Source: an uncultured Acidobacteriaceae bacterium
GTDB lineage: Bacteria; Acidobacteriota; Terriglobia; Terriglobales; Acidobacteriaceae
DNA: 64,000 bases
Direction: 5' to 3'
Assembly (NCBI GenBank): GCA_903828675.1
Contig: CAIKND010000213.1
Span: 29,114 to 93,113, forward strand
Below the pieces are notes generated by a model that was given only the letters and a program-made list of their open reading frames with translations, was not told the origin of the DNA and ran no database searches. Each line of letters starts with the position of its first letter. The stretch's first letter is position 1. Positions 28,443 to 39,253 of this stretch are shown here, in pieces. The position numbers and the translations under genes are program-made.

Positions 28443-28689
28443 CGTTTTGCCTTCCAGGCGCACTTGGCGCCGATCAAACTGCCACTATAGGCTAATTCCC
28501 GGCCGCATGCCGTACCTTCCGGCACCTAAACCGCCGATTCCATCTACAAACCGCCGCATCGGGCTGTCGCGCAAGACGAGAACAGCGCCTCGATGCCGAG
28601 GATATGTCTCATCTCATGGTAAGAGGGTTTGCTGACAGGGTCAAACCGGGCAGGGGGCCAGACGGCTGAAACGCACCGCGAAAGGCACG

Positions 28690-28944
28690 CTACTCCTCGG
28701 TAACCAGGGCCTTGCGGACGTATGGGACAAAGCGCGGATGAGCGGCGCCGATCTGGGAATAGAATTCCCGCGCCTGGTCCAGGCTCAGTTGGCCATTCAC
28801 AGTCAGCCGCACGTCCCCGGCGTCGCGGTCCTCCTGGCCATCGTCCTCCCACCAGCAGACCGGGCACAGAGCCAATGCGTCGGGAGTTTGCAGCGTCCTG
28901 TTTCCGCAGCACGGGCAGCGGAATCGCTTCTCGACAGTTTCCAC
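28690..28944 (-). CDS. Cysteine-rich CPCC domain protein
   Basis: 'RCPCCGNRTL...LCPVCWWEDDG...VNGQLSLDQARE' matches the Cys_rich_CPCC pattern; start trimmed to GTG 28944. Confidence 0.8.
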   Translation of the reverse strand: METVEKRFRCPCCGNRTLQTPDALALCPVCWWEDDGQEDRDAGDVRLTVNGQLSLDQAREFYSQIGAAHPRFVPYVRKALVTEE

Positions 28945-29104
28945 GTATGCATGGACGGCAAACAGGCGACCCGGGTTTACGGGCGGCAATTTTTTGTCAC
29001 CGGCTGCCAGGTGCGTCAAACTACGAATCGCCTTGCATTCAGGCGTTTTCCGCAGTCTCTGCCGTCCCTGAAGCGCGTTCTCCGGGATCTCCTCAGACCG
29101 CCCT

Positions 29105-29641
29105 TTAAAACCGAAATACCAACCCTGTGCTGAACCGCCCATGCGTCCCGGTTCCGGGCGACGAGGTCGGCGCATCCAGATAATCAGCCGCCGCGCGCCA
29201 TGCGAAGAACGGCGCAATCGGCACATCCACCCCGCCCCCCAGCGCTACCGCAAAAGCGCTGCCGGAGAAGATGTTGCCGTTCGAGGAGTGTTCTCCTCCG
29301 GCCAGCGCATGAACAAAAACCTTCACCCGCATCGCGCCCAGGCTCAGCCGCGGGCCGACAAGGAGCGTCGTGGTGCGGGGAATCGTCGAGTTCGCGCCCA
29401 GACCGTAATGGGCAATATCGCCCTCAACTCCCAGAAAGGGCTTCACTTTGAAATGCACTGCGCCCTCCCACCCGTTCAGGCCCCCTGCGGTGGGATTGAA
29501 GGCGTTGGCACCCAGGCGGCTATATCCCAGAAATGCGTCTCCGTTGGGACCGACCGCCCTGGCCACAGACGAAAATGCAAGCAATAAAATCGGAACGGCA
29601 AACAGAAGACAAATACGCGAAAGCCGGCGCGGGATCGGCAT
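29105..29641 (-). CDS. Small outer-membrane beta-barrel protein
   Basis: Signal peptide ending VARA, alternating beta-strands, terminal GLVFRF (C-terminal Phe). Confidence 0.75.
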   Translation of the reverse strand: MPIPRRLSRICLLFAVPILLLAFSSVARAVGPNGDAFLGYSRLGANAFNPTAGGLNGWEGAVHFKVKPFLGVEGDIAHYGLGANSTIPRTTTLLVGPRLSLGAMRVKVFVHALAGGEHSSNGNIFSGSAFAVALGGGVDVPIAPFFAWRAAADYLDAPTSSPGTGTHGRFSTGLVFRF

Positions 29642-29795
29642 CGTGGTCTCCATTCTGGCCATAATTCGTGCGGCCCCTACGTAAAAGGATGGCGTCATCA
29701 GTTCTCCGGTTGCCTGCTTTGCTTCCCCTAAGCCTATCCTGAAGACCGCTCCTCTCGTTTCCGAGTAAAATCGGGCGCGAGGGGGCTCTAAGAAA

Positions 29796-30938
29796 ATGCT
29801 GGAATTACGCTCTGATTTTGTCTCTCAAGTACGCCGCATCTTGGTGGTGGGGTTGTTCTTCATCGTGCCCGCCGTCGTTGCTGCCCAGGCCCCGGCCGCT
29901 CCGCTCAAAGTGGCCATCGTCGGCCTCGAGCACGGCCACGTCGAGGGATTTCTCAAGTCCCTGCCGCAGCACCACGACATCGAACTGGTGGGCATCGCCG
30001 ACGCCGATCCCGCGCTCTTCGCCAAATACCAGAAGAAGTTTGACCTGCCTGAAACCCTCTTCTTCAAGAGCATGGCCAACATGATCGAGGTGCGCCATCC
30101 CCAGGCCATACTCGTCTACACCTCCGTTGGCGAGCATCGCCACGCCATTGAGATTGCCGCGCAATACGGCGTCTCCGTCATGGTCGAAAAGCCGCTCACC
30201 ATCTCGCTCGACGACGCGCTCGCCATCCGCCGCGCCGCCCGCCACTACAACATTCATGTGCTGGTCAACTACGAAACCACCTGGTACTCGAGCAACCGCG
30301 CGGCTTATGAAGAACTGGCGCATGGAAGCCTGGGCCCTGTCCGCAAAGTCGTTGTCCATGACGGCCATCAGGGCCCCAAGGAAATCGGCGTCCCTCCGGA
30401 ATTTCTGAGTTGGCTTACTGACCCCGCGCAAAACGGAGCCGGAGCCCTCTACGACTTCGGCTGTTACGGCGTCGACCTCATGACCTGGATGATGCACGGC
30501 GAAGCCCCGCTCACCGTCACCGCCGTCGTCAACCAGGACAAGCCCCAGATTTATCCGCATGTCGATGACGACGCCACTATTGTGCTCGCCTATCCCCGCG
30601 CCCAGGCCGTCATTCAGGCCTCGTGGAACTGGCCCTTCGGCCGCAAGGATATGGAAGTCTACGGCGCCACCGGCTACGCCATCACCATCGACGCAACCCG
30701 CCTGCGCATCCGCCACGAGCACGACAACGACGAGCGCCTAGTCACCGCCCCTCCGCTCACCTCGCCCGAGAACGACTCGCTGACTTATCTCGCAGCCGTC
30801 CTCTCGGGCCGCGTCCAGGACAAAGCCGATCTCAGCGCCCTCGACACCAACGTCGTGGTCACGCAGATCCTCGACGCCGCCCGCGAATCCGCCCGCACCG
30901 GCCGAACCGTCCGCCTGTCAAAACTCGGCAACGACTAA
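29796..30938 (+). CDS. Gfo/Idh/MocA family oxidoreductase
   Basis: VAIVGLEHGH, VMVEKPL, GAGALYDFGCYG. Confidence 0.9.
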   Translation: MLELRSDFVSQVRRILVVGLFFIVPAVVAAQAPAAPLKVAIVGLEHGHVEGFLKSLPQHHDIELVGIADADPALFAKYQKKFDLPETLFFKSMANMIEVRHPQAILVYTSVGEHRHAIEIAAQYGVSVMVEKPLTISLDDALAIRRAARHYNIHVLVNYETTWYSSNRAAYEELAHGSLGPVRKVVVHDGHQGPKEIGVPPEFLSWLTDPAQNGAGALYDFGCYGVDLMTWMMHGEAPLTVTAVVNQDKPQIYPHVDDDATIVLAYPRAQAVIQASWNWPFGRKDMEVYGATGYAITIDATRLRIRHEHDNDERLVTAPPLTSPENDSLTYLAAVLSGRVQDKADLSALDTNVVVTQILDAARESARTGRTVRLSKLGND

Positions 30939-30963
30939 TCTGGCAGGAAGACTCGGGCGACGA

Positions 30964-31202
30964 TTGATCCGGCAAAAATGCCCCGTGCCCCATCCTTTCC
31001 GCGGCTTCATCGCGGAATGGGTGGGAAGCGACGAATCTCAACTGCCCTCTTAATGAGGAGCCTAAAGCTCGCATCAAAAATGAACTGTCATCCTGAGCGA
31101 GCGCAGCGAGTCGAAGGACCTGCGGTTGCTCCTAAACTCCACGTCCCGCAAAAATGCCCCGTGCACCATCCTTTCCGCGGCTTCATCGCGGAATGGGTGG
31201 GA
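30964..31202. repeat. BIME-like mosaic of REP-like palindromes
   Basis: Near-identical 54/55-bp direct copies at 30972-31025 and 31148-31202 flank a second motif TGTCATCCTGAGCG...GAAGGACCTGCGGTTGC (31086-31129). Confidence 0.85.
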
Positions 31203-31293
31203 CAGCAACACCTTCCCTCCGGCCATGTCCCTCCGCTTTCGAGACTCGGCAATCCGCAAAACGCCCCATCCCCATTCCCGCTAAAATCGTTGA

Positions 31294-32397
<1,104 letters not shown>

Positions 32398-32438
32398 CTC
32401 TCGCGGCCCATTGTTCCGGCCCTTAGACACTGCAGATT

Positions 32439-32479
32439 GGGTGCCCCATCCTCTCCGCGCTTTTGCGGAAAGGGTGGGA
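32439..32479. repeat. REP-like palindrome (GTGCCCCATCC...GGGTGGGA family)
   Basis: GGGTGCCCCATCCTCTCCGCGCTTTTGCGGAAAGGGTGGGA between convergent tgt and the CE15 gene. Confidence 0.8.
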
Positions 32480-32522
32480 AAGCGCAACACGAATCCGCGG
32501 CCAGACCGAAGACCGGTCAGTA

Positions 32523-35336
32523 TTACCGCTTCGCGCCGCCCCCTTGCGCGTGCAGATAGCGCCCGGCGAACTCCAGAAACACAGGCCAGTTCGGCCCCGG
32601 CGTGTGGCCAAACTGGTGCTGGCGGAAGGCCAGATCGCCCTCGACCAGTCCGGTTTGCATGGCTGGAAACTGCGCCGTCCCCATGTCCTTTTTGCCCAAC
32701 AATCGATAAACCGGCCCCGCTCCCACTGCGCCAAGGAATTCGCCCTTGGGATCGGCCCACTCGTCTCCTGCGGTATCCGAGCCCACGCCGATAAACACCG
32801 GCCGGGGAGCGCAGAGCGCAATCAGCTCATGGGCGTCTACGGGCAGATCGCCGGTGGTCAGCGGACCGGCGTACTTCATGAAATTGCCCGCCATCCAATA
32901 GTAGAAAGTGGGCGCGGCCGCCAGATTTTCAAGCTGCTCGCCGTAAACATGGCGGTAGGGCTTCACCCCTCCTGTGCCGGACGAGCTGATGTAGGCCACG
33001 GCGAAGCGCGAATCGTAAGCCATCGTGACCAGCGCCGTTTTCCCGAATCTCGAATGGCCCTCGATGCCCACCCGCTTCGCATCCACAGCCTTGTCCGTCT
33101 CCAGGTAATCCAGCGCCCGGCTTGCGCCCCAGGCCCAGGCGCGCAGCGTTCCCCAATCCTCGGGACTGCGCGGATGGCCCTTGTTCACCAGGCCGATAAT
33201 GCCGGCATCGAGTCCCGCGCCGTTGTCGTCCTGAAAACTGGTCGGCAGCAGAATCGCATAGCCCCATCCCTTGGCCAGCACCTGCTGCTGCCACGCGGGT
33301 TCCGGGTTGCCGGGTCCGCCGGGCAGCATTTCGGGAATGCTCTTGGCGATGGCCGCCATAAACTCCGGGCTGAATGCCAGTTCCATGACCACCGGAACCG
33401 GCCCAGCAGCATTGGCCGGCGTGGTCAGCAGCAGATCGATATTGACCTTGATCGCGGGGTAGGCTGAGTTGTCCACATGGCCCGCCAGCCGCTTGGTCAC
33501 CACCGGCACGTTGCCAATGGTTTCCCGCTTGCTGCTGGTCACCTCCCAGGTCACCTTGGGCAGATGCGCGGGCACGCGGCCCAAAACATCGCGGTCGAAG
33601 TCCTCGACAATCTCGGGCCGGCGCTGGGCCCACCACACCTTGGCCGAGGTAACCGGTTTGCCGTTTTTCAGCACCAGCGGTTCAGGCAGCTTGGGGTAGG
33701 GATTCGCCTTCGACTCATCGTAATTCACGGCGTTGGGCGATTTGGGATCGTGGCTGGCGGCGGGCCGCAGTTGCTTGATGCCCAGCCGATCCATCATGAG
33801 CTGGTGGTCCTTGATTGCCGCATCCCGCTCAGCCAACTGTTCCTGGTTGGGCACGGACGGGCCTTGCGCAGCCCCTTGGATGTGCAGATAGCGCCCGGCA
33901 AAGGTCAGGAACGTGGGCCAGTTCGGCCCCGGCGTGTGCCCGCCCGCGTGCTGGCGGAAGGCCACGTCTCCATCGATCAGCGCCGTCTCCATGGGCGGAA
34001 ACTCGGTCGTGCCCATGTCCCGCTTGCCCAGCAGCCGATAGACCGGACCCGCACCTGCCGCCGCCAGAAACATCCCCTTGGCGTCGATCCAACCGTCCCC
34101 TTTAAGCGCGCCGCCCGAGATGAACACCGGCCGCGGCGCGCACATCGCAACCAGCTCATGCGCATCCACGGGCATGTCGCCCGGCGTCAGCGGGCCGGCG
34201 TATTTCATAAAGTTGCCGGCCATCCAGTGATACTCGTTGGTGGCGGCCACGTTGCCCACCTGCTCGCCGAAGATGTGCCGGTAAAGTTTGGCCCCGCCCT
34301 CGCCCGAAGAACTGACATAGGCAATCGCCAGCCGCGGTTCATAGGCCATCGCCACCAGCGTGGCCTTGCCGTAGCGGGAGTGTCCTTCCATGCCTATCTG
34401 CTTCGCGTCCACCGCTCTGTCGGTTTCAAAGTAATCAATCGCCCGGCTCGCGCCCCAGCCCCAGGCCTTCAGCGTGCCCCAGTCGTCCGCCGCCCGCGGC
34501 TGGCCCTTGTTCACCAGGCCGATAATGCCCTCGGTCAATCCGGCGCCGTTGTCCGCCTGATAGCTGGTGGGTACCAGTTCCGCGTAACCCCAGCCTCTTG
34601 CCAGCACCTGTTGCTGCCAGGTCGGCCCCTGATTCCCCGCCCCGGCGCCAAACATCTGCGGAAAGCGCTTCGCCATCGCCGCCATGAACTCGCGGCTGAA
34701 TCCGAACTCCATAATCACCGGAACCGGCCCTTTTGCATCGGCCGGTGTCGTCAGCGTCAGGTCGATATCCACCGTGATCGCGGGCCACGCCGAATTATCC
34801 ACATGGCCCAAAAGCCGCTTCGTCACCACCGGCACGTCGCCGTTCTTTTCCCGCGTCGTGCTCATCACTTCCCACAGCACCTGGGGCAGGTTCGCGGGTG
34901 TGCGGCCCAGGATCTCACGATCGAAATCCTCTTGAATCTCCCCCCGCCGCTTGCTCCACCACATCTGCTCCGAGGCAACCTTTTCGCCGCTCTTGAGCAC
35001 CAGCGGATCGGGCAGGTTGGTGTAGACATCGGCCTTCGACTCGTCGTAGTTGGCCGCGTTGGGCGCATTGGCTTCGCCGCTCACCCCGGGCCGCAGCACC
35101 TTGATGCCCAGCAGGTCCATCATGCGCTGGTGGTCCTTTTCCGATGCCGCCTGGATGGCCAGCTGTTCCGGCGTGGGCGCCGGACGCGCGGGCGCAGCCT
35201 GGGCAGGAGCGGGCGCAGCAGCGGGCGCTGCCTGAGCCGCCAGCCACGATACCCAAGAACCTGCAAGAAGGGCCAGCACCAGCACTGCCAGCCTGACCGG
35301 AGCAGTCAACCGCAACATCGTCCGCAACATCATCAT
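32523..35336 (-). CDS. Secreted esterase with two tandem CE15 (glucuronoyl-esterase-like) domains
   Basis: Two homologous halves with GHSRYGK and GHSRFGK nucleophile motifs, SSG(E/T)GG...GEQ and RQH..GHTPGPNWP. Start trimmed to MMMLR (35336); the ORF-track extension runs through a repeat element. Confidence 0.85.
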   Translation of the reverse strand: MMMLRTMLRLTAPVRLAVLVLALLAGSWVSWLAAQAAPAAAPAPAQAAPARPAPTPEQLAIQAASEKDHQRMMDLLGIKVLRPGVSGEANAPNAANYDESKADVYTNLPDPLVLKSGEKVASEQMWWSKRRGEIQEDFDREILGRTPANLPQVLWEVMSTTREKNGDVPVVTKRLLGHVDNSAWPAITVDIDLTLTTPADAKGPVPVIMEFGFSREFMAAMAKRFPQMFGAGAGNQGPTWQQQVLARGWGYAELVPTSYQADNGAGLTEGIIGLVNKGQPRAADDWGTLKAWGWGASRAIDYFETDRAVDAKQIGMEGHSRYGKATLVAMAYEPRLAIAYVSSSGEGGAKLYRHIFGEQVGNVAATNEYHWMAGNFMKYAGPLTPGDMPVDAHELVAMCAPRPVFISGGALKGDGWIDAKGMFLAAAGAGPVYRLLGKRDMGTTEFPPMETALIDGDVAFRQHAGGHTPGPNWPTFLTFAGRYLHIQGAAQGPSVPNQEQLAERDAAIKDHQLMMDRLGIKQLRPAASHDPKSPNAVNYDESKANPYPKLPEPLVLKNGKPVTSAKVWWAQRRPEIVEDFDRDVLGRVPAHLPKVTWEVTSSKRETIGNVPVVTKRLAGHVDNSAYPAIKVNIDLLLTTPANAAGPVPVVMELAFSPEFMAAIAKSIPEMLPGGPGNPEPAWQQQVLAKGWGYAILLPTSFQDDNGAGLDAGIIGLVNKGHPRSPEDWGTLRAWAWGASRALDYLETDKAVDAKRVGIEGHSRFGKTALVTMAYDSRFAVAYISSSGTGGVKPYRHVYGEQLENLAAAPTFYYWMAGNFMKYAGPLTTGDLPVDAHELIALCAPRPVFIGVGSDTAGDEWADPKGEFLGAVGAGPVYRLLGKKDMGTAQFPAMQTGLVEGDLAFRQHQFGHTPGPNWPVFLEFAGRYLHAQGGGAKR

Positions 35337-35463
35337 CGGGAACCTCGTTTTCAGTGCATCTCCAAAGATGGAGAGCGAAACGGCCCAAGCATAACGATTT
35401 AGTTCGATGTTGGGCAAGCGCCGGCCTGAGTTGAGCGGGTTCCGTTTAGCCGCCCAAACTTCG

Positions 35464-35559
35464 GATCCGGCAACTAAATACCGTTCGGGTGCTCCATCCA
35501 TTCCCGCGTATTTTGCGGGAATGGGCGGGAAGAAGATGACCTTGTTTTCTTGCCGGATC
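35464..35559. mobile_element. 96-bp miniature inverted-repeat element (copy 1)
   Basis: Ends GATCCGGCAA / TTGCCGGATC, internal REP-like hairpin; near-identical copy of equal length at 63086-63181. Confidence 0.75.
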
Positions 35560-35583
35560 AATAAGTATCTCGATGCGGTTCAC

Positions 35584-35610
35584 TCAAGTTGCCCCTGTCA
35601 GCGCCGATGA
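35584..35610 (+). promoter_or_regulatory. Sigma28 (FliA)-type promoter for the MCP gene
   Basis: TCAAGTTG-N11-GCCGATGA, 32 bp upstream of the MCP start. Confidence 0.75.
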
Positions 35611-35642
35611 GATGAGCGAACCACCCAAGAAAGGCACCGCTT

Positions 35643-37355
35643 ATGCATTGGCTTCGCAACTTACCCGTATCCCGCAAATTCCTCTACGCATTCGGTCTTG
35701 TTTGTGGACTCTGCATCATGCTGGGCACGTACACCTTCATCCAGTTCCACAGCATCGCTGCGAAAAATTCCGAGGTCAGCGAGAAGGACTTTCCTTCCGT
35801 AATCCAACTGGCGACCGTTCGCGAGACGATCGGTACCCTGCGCCGGGAAGATCTCCACCTTTTGCTTTGCACAACGCCGGCCTGCTTCACGGACGAGAGC
35901 GCAAAACGCCAAGTGGCAATCAACGCCTACTTTGCAGCAGTAAAAGCCTATGAGCCCCTGACCGACGAACAAGGAGAACGCGATAACTGCGCAAAACTTG
36001 AGGCAGCATTCAACCAGTACAAGGACGCCAGCGATCGCGTGAGTGCGCTGGTTGCAGCCGGCAAAACCGGAGATGCTCTTGACCTGCTTTTGTCTGATAG
36101 CGTGCGAGTTTCTTTGGAAACCGCCTTGGATACGAGCGGCAAGGCCCTCGCTATTAATGTCAAGAGTGGCACTGATTCCTCTCAAGCCGCAACAGTATTA
36201 AGTACCCACACCACCTGGATCAACGCCGGAGTCACTCTTCTAATCGTGATTTTCTGTGCGCTCACCGGAGCAGGCCTTACCCGGGAAATAGCGCCGCGTA
36301 TCGCGAGACTCAGAAACGCCGTGGAAGCCATGGCGGCCAAGGATCTGACGGTCACCGTCCGTGTCTCAGGCAACGATGAAATTGGTCAACTGGGCGAGGC
36401 GTTCAACAGCAGTGTGGCCTCCATACGCGCTGTGTTGCAGGCTGTAGCGCAGGGTGCGGATACTCTCTCAGCCGCCACTACCGAAATCAGCGCACGCTCC
36501 GTGCAGAGCGCCGGCAATGCGCGCACCGAGTGCAGCAAGATAAACCAGATCGCCGCTGCCGCCCAGGAGATGACCGCGACCATCGGCGAGATCAGCCACA
36601 ACGCCGAAAATGCGGCCGGTGCGAGCCGCGCCTCCGCCGAAAACGCCGACCAGGGAGGAACCGTGATGCAGGCCGCCTCCGTCACCATGGAAAAGATCGC
36701 CGCCGCCACCAGTTCGGTCTCTGAAAAAATGACTTCGCTGTCCCATCGCTCCGAGGAAATTGGCAAGGTGGTCAACGTGATTCAGGAGATCAGCGAGCAA
36801 ACCAACCTGCTGGCCCTGAATGCTGCCATTGAAGCAGCTCGCGCCGGAGAGCATGGACGCGGCTTCGCGGTGGTGGCCGGCGAGGTTCGCCGCCTCGCCG
36901 AACGCACCAAGGGCGCCACGGAAGAAATCGCCGGCACCATTCGCAGAATCCAGGAGGAAACCCGAGACACCCTCCAGGTAATGCATGACAGCCGCACCGC
37001 CGTCGAAAGCGGCATGGCAGAGACAGCGCACGCCCGCGAAAGCCTCGATGCCATTATCGAGTCCTCAAAACAGGTGGAGCACCAGATTCACCTCATCGCC
37101 ACAGCTGCCACAGAGCAGACCTCGGCTTCGGGAGAAATCTCCGAATCCGCCGGCCAAATCTCGCAGCTGTCCAACGAAACCGCGCAGGGCGCGGACGAGG
37201 CCGTGGAAGCCCTCAGAAACCTGGCCTCGCTGGCCAGCGACCTGGATGGCATCATCCGCCAGTTCCACCTGGAAGGCGACCGGCAACCCGGCGGCAAATT
37301 CACAGCCAAGCCCCAGCCCTTGGGTCAGGCCGTCTACAAAGCGGTTCGTTCCTAG
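35643..37355 (+). CDS. Methyl-accepting chemotaxis protein (4HB sensor, HAMP, MA domain)
   Basis: Two TM segments, HAMP '[13 protein letters not shown]', hairpin tip '[40 protein letters not shown]'. Confidence 0.95.
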   Translation: MHWLRNLPVSRKFLYAFGLVCGLCIMLGTYTFIQFHSIAAKNSEVSEKDFPSVIQLATVRETIGTLRREDLHLLLCTTPACFTDESAKRQVAINAYFAAVKAYEPLTDEQGERDNCAKLEAAFNQYKDASDRVSALVAAGKTGDALDLLLSDSVRVSLETALDTSGKALAINVKSGTDSSQAATVLSTHTTWINAGVTLLIVIFCALTGAGLTREIAPRIARLRNAVEAMAAKDLTVTVRVSGNDEIGQLGEAFNSSVASIRAVLQAVAQGADTLSAATTEISARSVQSAGNARTECSKINQIAAAAQEMTATIGEISHNAENAAGASRASAENADQGGTVMQAASVTMEKIAAATSSVSEKMTSLSHRSEEIGKVVNVIQEISEQTNLLALNAAIEAARAGEHGRGFAVVAGEVRRLAERTKGATEEIAGTIRRIQEETRDTLQVMHDSRTAVESGMAETAHARESLDAIIESSKQVEHQIHLIATAATEQTSASGEISESAGQISQLSNETAQGADEAVEALRNLASLASDLDGIIRQFHLEGDRQPGGKFTAKPQPLGQAVYKAVRS

Positions 37356-37624
37356 ACTCAAGACAAGTTGGCGGCGGGGCGGGGGTTACAGATCTGCGTC
37401 GCGGCGACATTACCCCCTCGCCACGAGCCCCGCACTGCCGCCACTTTCCCCCTCGCGCTGCCGGATCCTCTTCGGCAGCGCAATTTTTTATGCGCCCCTC
37501 GCCGCTCCTCCTGAGTTTATGGCAACTGGCCGCTATGGTAGCCTCCGTTTATGGACCTCGACGCATCCCGCTGAAACCCGCCGCGGAAGTTCTTCAAAAA
37601 ACGCCCCTGGGGAGATAGATTCGC

Positions 37625-39031
37625 ATGAGCGCCGTTAAATATGACCTTATTGTGATTGGCTCCGGGCCTGCCGGGCAGCGTGCCGCCGTGGCCGCGTCCA
37701 AAATGAACAAGCGCGTGGCTGTTGTCGAGGCCCGCTCTGTCGTGGGCGGCGTCTGCGTCAACACCGGCACCATCCCCTCCAAAACCATGCGCGAGGCCGT
37801 CCTGCACCTGTCGGGCTTCAACTACCGCGCCATCTACGGCGTCAACTACCGCGTCAAGGAAAAGATCACCATGGCCGACCTGGCCTACCGCGTCCAGGCC
37901 GTCATCAAGACCGAGGTGGACGTGACCGAGGCGCAACTGTCGCGCAACGGCATCGACGTCGTCCACGGCATCGCCCACTTCGTCGATGCCCACCAGGTGC
38001 GCGTGCAGGGTCCGCAGGCTGAGACCACTCTCGAGGCCGACCGCATCATCATCGCCGTCGGCACCAAGCCCGCCTCCTCGCCCAACGTGCCCACCAACGG
38101 CCGCACCATCGTGAACAGCGACCAGATTCTGGACCTCGAGACCCTGCCTCACTCGCTCATCGTGGTCGGCGGCGGCGTCGTTGGCGTGGAATACGCCTGC
38201 ATGTTCGCCGTCCTCGGGGTGCGCGTCACGCTGATTGAAAAGCGCGACCGCCTGCTCGAATTTGCCGACCGCGAAATTATCGAGGCGCTCAGCTACCATC
38301 TGCGCGACAGCCGCGTCACCCTGCGCCTCGGCGAAGAGGTGGACAGCGTGGAAGAGCTGCCCCTGGGCACCGTAGTCGCCAACCTCAAGAGCAACAAGCG
38401 TGTCTCCGGCGACGCCCTGCTCTATGCCGTGGGCCGACAGGGCAACGTCGAAGACCTGAACCTGGCCGCCGCCGGGCTTGAAGCCGACAGCCGCGGCCGC
38501 ATCCCCGTCGACGAGCACTATCAAACCAAGGTCGAACACATCTTTGCGGCGGGCGACGTTGTCGGCTTCCCCTCGCTCGCTTCCGTCTCCATGGAGCAGG
38601 GCCGCATCGCCTCGGCCCGCGCCTTCAATGACAAGGCCACCACCTCCAACCCAGGCTTTTATCCCTATGGCATCTACACCATCCCCGAGATCAGCTTCAT
38701 CGGCAAAACCGAAGAGCAGTTGACCGAAGAGGATGTGCCCTACGAAGTCGGCATGGCCTACTATCGCGAGGTTGCCCGAGGCCAGATTCGCGGCGACACG
38801 ACGGGAAGGCTCAAGCTCATCTTCCACCGCGACACCCGCAAGGTGCTGGGCGTGCACATCATCGGCGAAGGCGCCACCGAGCTGGTCCACATCGGCCAGG
38901 CAGTCATGATTCTCGACGGCACCATGGACTACTTCATCGAAGCCGTCTTCAACTACCCCACCCTCGCCGAGTGCTACAAGGTAGCCGCCTTCAACGGCCT
39001 CGGGCGGCTCCACCGCTACCAGGCGGATTAG
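37625..39031 (+). CDS. sthA: Soluble pyridine nucleotide transhydrogenase
   Basis: YDLIVIGSGPAG, GGVCVNTGTIPSKT (single Cys, no redox disulfide), AVFNYPTLAECYKVAA. Confidence 0.88.
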   Translation: MSAVKYDLIVIGSGPAGQRAAVAASKMNKRVAVVEARSVVGGVCVNTGTIPSKTMREAVLHLSGFNYRAIYGVNYRVKEKITMADLAYRVQAVIKTEVDVTEAQLSRNGIDVVHGIAHFVDAHQVRVQGPQAETTLEADRIIIAVGTKPASSPNVPTNGRTIVNSDQILDLETLPHSLIVVGGGVVGVEYACMFAVLGVRVTLIEKRDRLLEFADREIIEALSYHLRDSRVTLRLGEEVDSVEELPLGTVVANLKSNKRVSGDALLYAVGRQGNVEDLNLAAAGLEADSRGRIPVDEHYQTKVEHIFAAGDVVGFPSLASVSMEQGRIASARAFNDKATTSNPGFYPYGIYTIPEISFIGKTEEQLTEEDVPYEVGMAYYREVARGQIRGDTTGRLKLIFHRDTRKVLGVHIIGEGATELVHIGQAVMILDGTMDYFIEAVFNYPTLAECYKVAAFNGLGRLHRYQAD

Positions 39032-39253
39032 GGGTGATCAGCTCGCAGCGGAGCCGAACAGGGCGCGGAAGAAGGCGCGATGCACAGTGGGATTTTGCAT
39101 TCAAGTGCTATTTAGCAGCGACACCGCTGAAGTGTTAACCGGAAGGTAACTTCCGAGTAGGCGGTTACTCGCCCAGAAAGTTGATCCGGGGTAGTATCAC
39201 GAAAAGCCGATAAAATCTTTGGCACAGACCCATCGATCACGCCAAACCCAACT

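Noticed and set aside
30964-30978. TTGATCCGGCAAA resembles ColE1 origin sequence (vector contamination)
   Set aside because: The match is only about 13 nt and is the end of the native repeat family; flanks are unrelated to any plasmid origin.
32463-35402. Plus-strand ORFs of 334 and 641 aa
   Set aside because: Antisense shadows of the CE15 gene, as expected with high GC3 codon bias.
35337-35561. N-terminal extension of the CE15 ORF (MIRQENKVIFF...)
   Set aside because: It is a translation of the 96-bp repeat element; the signal peptide begins at 35336.
37517-39013. 498-aa minus-strand ORF
   Set aside because: Antisense shadow of sthA.
39206-39213. GCCGATAA perfect sigma28 -10 box
   Set aside because: No matching -35 box at 11-nt spacing, and it points into the 3' end of an opposite-strand gene.
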